From NCBI GenBank assembly GCA_964057225.1, contig OZ059895.1:19964001-20028000 (forward strand): a stretch of DNA of 64,000 nucleotides, written 5' to 3'. The translations under genes were made by a program, and so were the position numbers. Positions 55,808 through 64,000 of this stretch are shown piece by piece (position 1 is the stretch's first letter; every line of letters begins with the position of its first letter). This DNA comes from Auanema rhodensis. Its lineage: Eukaryota > Animalia > Nematoda. The notes beneath the pieces are model-generated. The model saw only the letters and a program-made list of their open reading frames with translations, did no database searches and was not told the origin of the DNA.

Positions 55808-57913
55808 TTTTTCAACCGATCATAACTAATTTTTGTATCAAGCGTTTCTCAATGTAGTATAGTGCATTCGATGCGGATTTTCAAGCTGCGTCGATCTGTG
55901 TTATCAGATTTGCGCTAGCTTAAAAATGCACCGAGATATCAACTGATATATGTTCACACTTATATCCTCGATTTTCACCCTGAAGAAATTATTTTTTCGT
56001 TGAATAACATTGTCCATCGTCTTTGCTTTGAAAAAAGGAATCTAAAAACATCTACTTTTTGCTAAATTATTTTGAAATTTTTCGAAAAAATTTTTGTCAA
56101 AATGTTTTTGGAAGCAATGTTGAGTGTACATGGAAACTCAACATACACTAATGCATCATTTTTCAAACTATCATAACTAATTTTTGTATTGAGCGTTTCT
56201 CAATGTAGTATAGTGCATTCGATGCGGATTTTCAAGCTGCGTCGATCTGTGTTATCAGATTTGCGCTAGCTTAAAAATGCACCGAGATATCAACTGATAT
56301 AAGTTCACACTTATATCCTCGATTTTCACCCTGAAGAATTAATTTTTTCGTTGAATAACATTGTCCATCGTCTTTGCCTTGAAAAAAAAAATCTGAAAAC
56401 ATCTACTTTTTGCTAAATTATTTTGAAATTTTTCGAAAAAATTTTTGTCAAAATGTTTTTGGAAGCAATGTTGAGTGTACATGGAAACTCAACATACACT
56501 AATGCATCATTTTTCAAACGATCATAACTAGTTTTTGTATTAAGCGTTTCTCAATGTAGTATAGTGCATTCGATGCGGATTTTTAAGCTGCGTCGATCTG
56601 TGTTATCAGATTTGCGCTAGCTTAAAAATGCACCGAGATATCAACTGACATATGTTCACACTTATATCCTCGATTTTCACCCTGAAGAAATTATTTTTTC
56701 GTTGAATAACATTGTCCATCGTCTTTGCCTTGAAAAAAGGAATCTAAAAACTTCTACTTTTTGCTAAATTATTTTGAAATTTTTCGAAAAAATTTTTGTC
56801 AAAATGTTTTTGGAAGCAATGTTGAGTGTACATGGAAACTCAACATACACTAATGCATCATTTTTCAACCGATCATAACTAATTTTTGTATCAAGCGTTT
56901 CTCAATGTAGTATAGTGCATTCGATGCGGATTTTCAAGCTGCGTCGATCTGTGTTATCAGATTTGCGCTAGCTTAAAAATGCACCGAGATATCAACTGAT
57001 ATATGTTCACACTTATATCCTCGATTTTCACCCTGAAGAAATTATTTTTTCGTTGAATAACATTGTCCATCGTCTTTGCTTTGAAAAAAGGAATCTAAAA
57101 ACATCTACTTTTTGCTAAATTATTTTGAAATTTTTCGAAAAAATTTTTGTCAAAATGTTTTTGGAAGCAATGTTGAGTGTACATGGAAACTCAACATACA
57201 CTAATGCATCATTTTTCAAACTATCATAACTAATTTTTGTATTGAGCGTTTCTCAATGTAGTATAGTGCATTCGATGCGGATTTTCAAGCTGCGTCGATC
57301 TGTGTTATCAGATTTGCGCTAGCTTAAAAATGCACCGAGATATCAACTGATATAAGTTCACACTTATATCCTCGATTTTCACCCTGAAGAATTAATTTTT
57401 TCGTTGAATAACATTGTCCATCGTCTTTGCCTTGAAAAAAAAAATCTGAAAACATCTACTTTTTGCTAAATTATTTTGAAATTTTTCGAAAAAATTTTTG
57501 TCAAAATGTTTTTGGAAGCAATGTTGAGTGTACATGGAAACTCAACATACACTAATGCATCATTTTTCAAACGATCATAACTAGTTTTTGTATTAAGCGT
57601 TTCTCAATGTAGTATAGTGCATTCGATGCGGATTTTTAAGCTGCGTCGATCTGTGTTATCAGATTTGCGCTAGCTTAAAAATGCACCGAGATATCAACTG
57701 ACATATGTTCACACTTATATCCTCGATTTTCACCCTGAAGAAATTATTTTTTCGTTGAATAACATTGTCCATCGTCTTTGCCTTGAAAAAAGGAATCTAA
57801 AAACTTCTACTTTTTGCTAAATTATTTTGAAATTTTTCGAAAAAATTTTTGTCAAAATGTTTTTGGAAGCAATGTTGAGTGTACATGGAAACTCAACATA
57901 CACTAATGCATCA
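55808..57913. repeat. 3-monomer (1053-bp) tandem duplication of a diverged trimer
   Basis: 'aaactatc' 56169/57222, 'ctagtttt' 56531/57584, 'aaacttct' 56752/57805. 'tgacatatg' and 'gaaaaaaaaaatctg' are present in both copies. Confidence 0.9.
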
Positions 57914-58615
57914 TTTTTCAAACGATCATAACTAATTTTTGTATTAAGCGTTTCTCAATGTAGTATAGTGCATTCGATGCGGATTTTTAAGCTGCGTCGA
58001 TCTGTGTTATCAGATTTGCGCTAGCTTAAAAATGCACCGAGATATCAACTGATATAAGTTCACACTTAGATCCTCGATTTTCACCCTGAAGAATTAATTT
58101 TTTCGTTGAATAACAATGTCCATCGTCTTTGCCTTGAGAAAAGGAATCTAAAAACATCTACTTTTTGCTAAATTATTCTGAAATTTTTCGAAAAAATTTT
58201 TGTCAAAATGTTTTTGGAAGCAATGTTGAGTGTACATGGAAACTCAACATACACTAATGCATCATTTTTCAAACGATCATAACTAATTTTTGTATTAAGC
58301 GTTTCTCAATGTAGTATAGTGCATTCGATGCGGATTTTTAAGCTGCGTCGATCTGTGTTATCAGATTTGCGCTAGCTTGAAAATGCACCGAGATATCAAC
58401 TGATATAAGTTCACACTTATATCCTCGATTTTCACCCTGAAGAATTAATTTTTTCGTTGAATAACATTGTCCATCGTCTTTGCCTTGAAAAAAGGAATCT
58501 AAAAACATCTACTTTTTGCTAAATTATTTTGAAATTTTTCGAAAAAATTTTTGTCAAAATGTTTTTGGAAGCAATGTTGAGTGTACATGGAAACTCAACA
58601 TACACTAATGCATCA

Positions 58616-61600
58616 TTTTTCAAACGATCATAACTAATTTCTGTATTGAGCTTTTCTCAATGTAGTATAGTGCATTCGATGCGGATTTTTAAGCTGCGTC
58701 GATCTGTGTTATCAGATTTGCGCTAGCTTAAAAATGCACCGAGATATCAACTGATATATGTTCACACTTATATCCTCGATTTTCACCCTGAAGAAATTAT
58801 TTTTTCGTTGAATAACATTGTCCATCGTCTTTGCTTTGAAAAAAGGAATCTAAAAACATCTACTTTTTGCTAAATTATTTTGAAATTTTTCGAAAAAATT
58901 TTTGTCAAAATGTTTTTGGAAGCAATGTTGAGTGTACATGGAAACTCAACATACACTAATGCATCATTTTTCAAACGATCATAACTAATTTTTGTATTAA
59001 GCGTTTCTCAATGTAGTATAGTGCATTCGATGCGGATTTTTAAGCTGCGTCGATCTGTGTTATCAGATTTGCGCTAGCTTAAAAATGCACCGAGATATCA
59101 ACTGATATAAGTTCACACTTATATCCTCGATTTTCACCCCGAAGAATTACTTTTTTCGTTAAATAACATTGTCCATCGTCTTTGCCTTGAAAAAAGGAAT
59201 CTAAAAACATCTACTTTTTGCTAAATTATTTTGAAATTTTTCGAAAAAATTTTTGTCAAAATGTTTTTGGAAGCAATGTTGAGTGTACATGGAAACTCAA
59301 CATACACTAATGCATCATTTTTCAAACGATCATAACTAATTTCTGTATTGAGCTTTTCTCAATGTAGTATAGTGCATTCGATGCGGATTTTTAAGCTGCG
59401 TCGATCTGTGTTATCAGATTTGCGCTAGCTTAAAAATGCACCGAGATATCAACTGATATATGTTCACACTTATATCCTCGATTTTCACCCTGAAGAAATT
59501 ATTTTTTCGTTGAATAACATTGTCCATCGTCTTTGCTTTGAAAAAAGGAATCTAAAAACATCTACTTTTTGCTAAATTATTTTGAAATTTTTCGAAAAAA
59601 TTTTTGTCAAAATGTTTTTGGAAGCAATGTTGAGTGTACATGGAAACTCAACATACACTAATGCATCATTTTTCAAACGATCATAACTAATTTTTGTATT
59701 AAGCGTTTCTCAATGTAGTATAGTGCATTCGATGCGGATTTTTAAGCTGCGTCGATCTGTGTTATCAGATTTGCGCTAGCTTAAAAATGCACCGAGATAT
59801 CAACTGATATAAGTTCACACTTATATCCTCGATTTTCACCCCGAAGAATTAATTTTTTCGTTAAATAACATTGTCCATCGTCTTTGCCTTGAAAAAAGGA
59901 ATCTAAAAACATCTACTTTTTGCTAAATTATTTTGAAATTTTTCGAAAAAATTTTTGTCAAAATGTTTTTGGAAGCAATGTTGAGTGTACATGGAAACTC
60001 AACATACACTAATGCATCATTTTTCAAACGATCATAACTAATTTCTGTATTGAGCTTTTCTCAATGTAGTATAGTGCATTCGATGCGGATTTTTAAGCTG
60101 CGTCGATCTGTGTTATCAGATTTGCGCTAGCTTAAAAATGCACCGAGATATCAACTGATATATGTTCACACTTATATCCTCGATTTTCACCCTGAAGAAA
60201 TTATTTTTTCGTTGAATAACATTGTCCATCGTCTTTGCTTTGAAAAAAGGAATCTAAAAACATCTACTTTTTGCTAAATTATTTTGAAATTTTTCGAAAA
60301 AATTTTTGTCAAAATGTTTTTGGAAGCAATGTTGAGTGTACATGGAAACTCAACATACACTAATGCATCATTTTTCAAACGATCATAACTAATTTTTGTA
60401 TTAAGCGTTTCTCAATGTAGTATAGTGCATTCGATGCGGATTTTTAAGCTGCGTCGATCTGTGTTATCAGATTTGCGCTAGCTTAAAAATGCACCGAGAT
60501 ATCAACTGATATAAGTTCACACTTATATCCTCGATTTTCACCCCGAAGAATTAATTTTTTCGTTAAATAACATTGTCCATCGTCTTTGCCTTGAAAAAAG
60601 GAATCTAAAAACATCTACTTTTTGCTAAATTATTTTGAAATTTTTCGAAAAAATTTTTGTCAAAATGTTTTTGGAAGCAATGTTGAGTGTACATGGAAAC
60701 TCAACATACACTAATGCATCATTTTTCAAACGATCATAACTAATTTCTGTATTGAGCTTTTCTCAATGTAGTATAGTGCATTCGATGCGGATTTTTAAGC
60801 TGCGTCGATCTGTGTTATCAGATTTGCGCTAGCTTAAAAATGCACCGAGATATCAACTGATATATGTTCACACTTATATCCTCGATTTTCACCCTGAAGA
60901 AATTATTTTTTCGTTGAATAACATTGTCCATCGTCTTTGCTTTGAAAAAAGGAATCTAAAAACATCTACTTTTTGCTAAATTATTTTGAAATTTTTCGAA
61001 AAAATTTTTGTCAAAATGTTTTTGGAAGCAATGTTGAGTGTACATGGAAACTCAACATACACTAATGCATCATTTTTCAAACGATCATAACTAATTTTTG
61101 TATTAAGCGTTTCTCAATGTAGTATAGTGCATTCGATGCGGATTTTTAAGCTGCGTCGATCTGTGTTATCAGATTTGCGCTAGCTTAAAAATGCACCGAG
61201 ATATCAACTGATATAAGTTCACACTTAGATCCTCGATTTTCACCCTGAAGAATTAATTTTTTCGTTGAATAACAATGTCCATCGTCTTTGCCTTGAGAAA
61301 AGGAATCTAAAAACATCTACTTTTCGCTAAATTATTCTGAAATTTTTCGAAAAAATTTTTGTCAAAATGTTTTTGGAAGCAATGTTGAGTGTACATGGAA
61401 ACTCAACATACACTAATGCATCATTTTTCAAACGATCATAACTAATTTCTGTATTGAGCTTTTCTCAATGTAGTATAGTGCATTCGATGCGGATTTTTAA
61501 GCTGCGTCGATCTGTGTTATCAGATTTGCGCTAGCTTAAAAATGCACCGAGATATCAACTGATATATGTTCACACTTATATCCTCGATTTTCACCCTGAA

Positions 61601-64000
61601 GAAATTATTTTTTCGTTGAATAACATTGTCCATCGTCTTTGCTTTGAAAAAAGGAATCTAAAAACATCTACTTTTTGCTAAATTATTTTGAAATTTTTCG
61701 AAAAAATTTTTGTCAAAATGTTTTTGGAAGCAATGTTGAGTGTACATGGAAACTCAACATACACTAATGCATCATTTTTCAAACGATCATAACTAATTTT
61801 TGTATTAAGCGTTTCTCAATGTAGTATAGTGCATTCGATGCGGATTTTTAAGCTGCGTCGATCTGTGTTATCAGATTTGCGCTAGCTTAAAAATGCACCG
61901 AGATATCAACTGATATAAGTTCACACTTATATCCTCGATTTTCACCCCGAAGAATTAATTTTTTCGTTAAATAACATTGTCCATCGTCTTTGCCTTGAAA
62001 AAAGGAATCTAAAAACATCTACTTTTTGCTAAATTATTTTGAAATTTTTCGAAAAAATTTTTGTCAAAATGTTTTTGGAAGCAATGTTGAGTGTACATGG
62101 AAACTCAACATACACTAATGCATCATTTTTCAAACGATCATAACTAATTTCTGTATTGAGCTTTTCTCAATGTAGTATAGTGCATTCGATGCGGATTTTT
62201 AAGCTGCGTCGATCTGTGTTATCAGATTTGCGCTAGCTTAAAAATGCACCGAGATATCAACTGATATATGTTCACACTTATATCCTCGATTTTCACCCTG
62301 AAGAAATTATTTTTTCGTTGAATAACATTGTCCATCGTCTTTGCTTTGAAAAAAGGAATCTAAAAACATCTACTTTTTGCTAAATTATTTTGAAATTTTT
62401 CGAAAAAATTTTTGTCAAAATGTTTTTGGAAGCAATGTTGAGTGTACATGGAAACTCAACATACACTAATGCATCATTTTTCAAACGATCATAACTAATT
62501 TTTGTATTAAGCGTTTCTCAATGTAGTATAGTGCATTCGATGCGGATTTTTAAGCTGCGTCGATCTGTGTTATCAGATTTGCGCTAGCTTAAAAATGCAC
62601 CGAGATATCAACTGATATAAGTTCACACTTAGATCCTCGATTTTCACCCTGAAGAATTAATTTTTTCGTTGAATAACAATGTCCATCGTCTTTGCCTTGA
62701 GAAAAGGAATCTAAAAACATCTACTTTTCGCTAAATTATTCTGAAATTTTTCGAAAAAATTTTTGTCAAAATGTTTTTGGAAGCAATGTTGAGTGTACAT
62801 GGAAACTCAACATACACTAATGCATCATTTTTCAAACGATCATAACTAATTTCTGTATTGAGCTTTTCTCAATGTAGTATAGTGCATTCGATGCGGATTT
62901 TTAAGCTGCGTCGATCTGTGTTATCAGATTTGCGCTAGCTTAAAAATGCACCGAGATATCAACTGATATATGTTCACACTTATATCCTCGATTTTCACCC
63001 TGAAGAAATTATTTTTTCGTTGAATAACATTGTCCATCGTCTTTGCTTTGAAAAAAGGAATCTAAAAACATCTACTTTTTGCTAAATTATTTTGAAATTT
63101 TTCGAAAAAATTTTTGTCAAAATGTTTTTGGAAGCAATGTTGAGTGTACATGGAAACTCAACATACACTAATGCATCATTTTTCAAACGATCATAACTAA
63201 TTTTTGTATTAAGCGTTTCTCAATGTAGTATAGTGCATTCGATGCGGATTTTTAAGCTGCGTCGATCTGTGTTATCAGATTTGCGCTAGCTTAAAAATGC
63301 ACCGAGATATCAACTGATATAAGTTCACACTTATATCCTCGATTTTCACCCCGAAGAATTAATTTTTTCGTTAAATAACATTGTCCATCGTCTTTGCCTT
63401 GAAAAAAGGAATCTAAAAACATCTACTTTTTGCTAAATTATTTTGAAATTTTTCGAAAAAATTTTTGTCAAAATGTTTTTGGAAGCAATGTTGAGTGTAC
63501 ATGGAAACTCAACATACACTAATGCATCATTTTTCAAACGATCATAACTAATTTCTGTATTGAGCTTTTCTCAATGTAGTATAGTGCATTCGATGCGGAT
63601 TTTTAAGCTGCGTCGATCTGTGTTATCAGATTTGCGCTAGCTTAAAAATGCACCGAGATATCAACTGATATATGTTCACACTTATATCCTCGATTTTCAC
63701 CCTGAAGAAATTATTTTTTCGTTGAATAACATTGTCCATCGTCTTTGCTTTGAAAAAAGGAATCTAAAAACATCTACTTTTTGCTAAATTATTTTGAAAT
63801 TTTTCGAAAAAATTTTTGTCAAAATGTTTTTGGAAGCAATGTTGAGTGTACATGGAAACTCAACATACACTAATGCATCATTTTTCAAACGATCATAACT
63901 AATTTTTGTATTAAGCGTTTCTCAATGTAGTATAGTGCATTCGATGCGGATTTTTAAGCTGCGTCGATCTGTGTTATCAGATTTGCGCTAGCTTAAAAAT
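58616..64000. repeat. Regular higher-order repeat: X-Y dimer (702 bp) becoming X-Z-X-Y tetramer (1404 bp)
   Basis: X starts at 58616, 59318, 60020, 60722, 61424, 62126, 62828 and 63530. Intervening monomers are Y, except Z at 61073 and 62477, which share 'ttttcgcta' at 61325/62729. Confidence 0.9.

Larger units (their letters stand above)
1..64000. repeat. Tandem satellite DNA array, 351-bp monomer, ~182.3 copies, head-to-tail, single orientation
   Basis: 'tttttcaaacgatcataact' recurs at 1, 352, 7021, 14041, 21061, 28081 and 31591 (1+351n). The phase then shifts by -1 (31941) and -2 (33344 through 63881). Copies differ by only a few substitutions. The first monomer has 109 G+C in 351 bp. Confidence 0.99.
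36503..64000. repeat. Domain 4: m96A/m339C/'ggaatctaaaa' family with subtypes X, Y, Z and W
   Basis: 'gtgttatcag' and 'acatacact' appear fixed. X = 'aatttctgtattgagctttt', m144T, 'gaaattatt', 'gctttg'. Y = 'caccccgaag', 'cgttaaat'. Z = 'caatgt', 'gagaaaagg', 'attctg', often 'ttagatcc'. W = 'caaccgatc', 'atcaagc', often 'ttttcaagc'. Confidence 0.88.

Noticed and set aside
1-64000. CRISPR array or other repeat-spacer system
   Set aside because: There are no unique spacers: the entire 351 bp repeats. No cas genes or leader are present.
1-64000. Pure technical concatemer (rolling-circle or assembly artefact)
   Set aside because: Variants are linked into haplotypes, confined to regions and nested in duplications, which random error on one template would not produce. 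Local copy number may still be misassembled.

Overview
The whole window is one uninterrupted, head-to-tail tandem array of an AT-rich 351-bp monomer (about 31% GC by hand count): 182 full copies plus 120 bp, all in one orientation and running off both ends. I found no genes, RNA genes, CRISPR spacers or transposon insertions. The five 63-aa ORFs arise from one SNP that removes a stop codon. The array looks like eukaryotic satellite DNA, possibly (peri)centromeric or subtelomeric. The lack of CpG depletion suggests an invertebrate, but I cannot name the family or species. Diagnostic SNPs split the array into four domains: a mixed A/B/C domain (1-~13 kb), a very homogeneous 'gatactg' domain (~13-30 kb), a diverged junction zone (~30-36.5 kb) and a variant-rich domain (~36.5-64 kb) ending in a 702/1404-bp higher-order repeat. 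Local duplications of 2, 3, 4, 5, 8, 9 and 11 monomers can be read from shared rare variants. The monomer is dense in dyad symmetries, including a degenerate ~125-bp symmetric module. Length is almost perfectly conserved, with one 1-bp deletion event present twice by duplication. Monomer positions below (m1-m351) are numbered from window position 1. All comparisons were done by eye.
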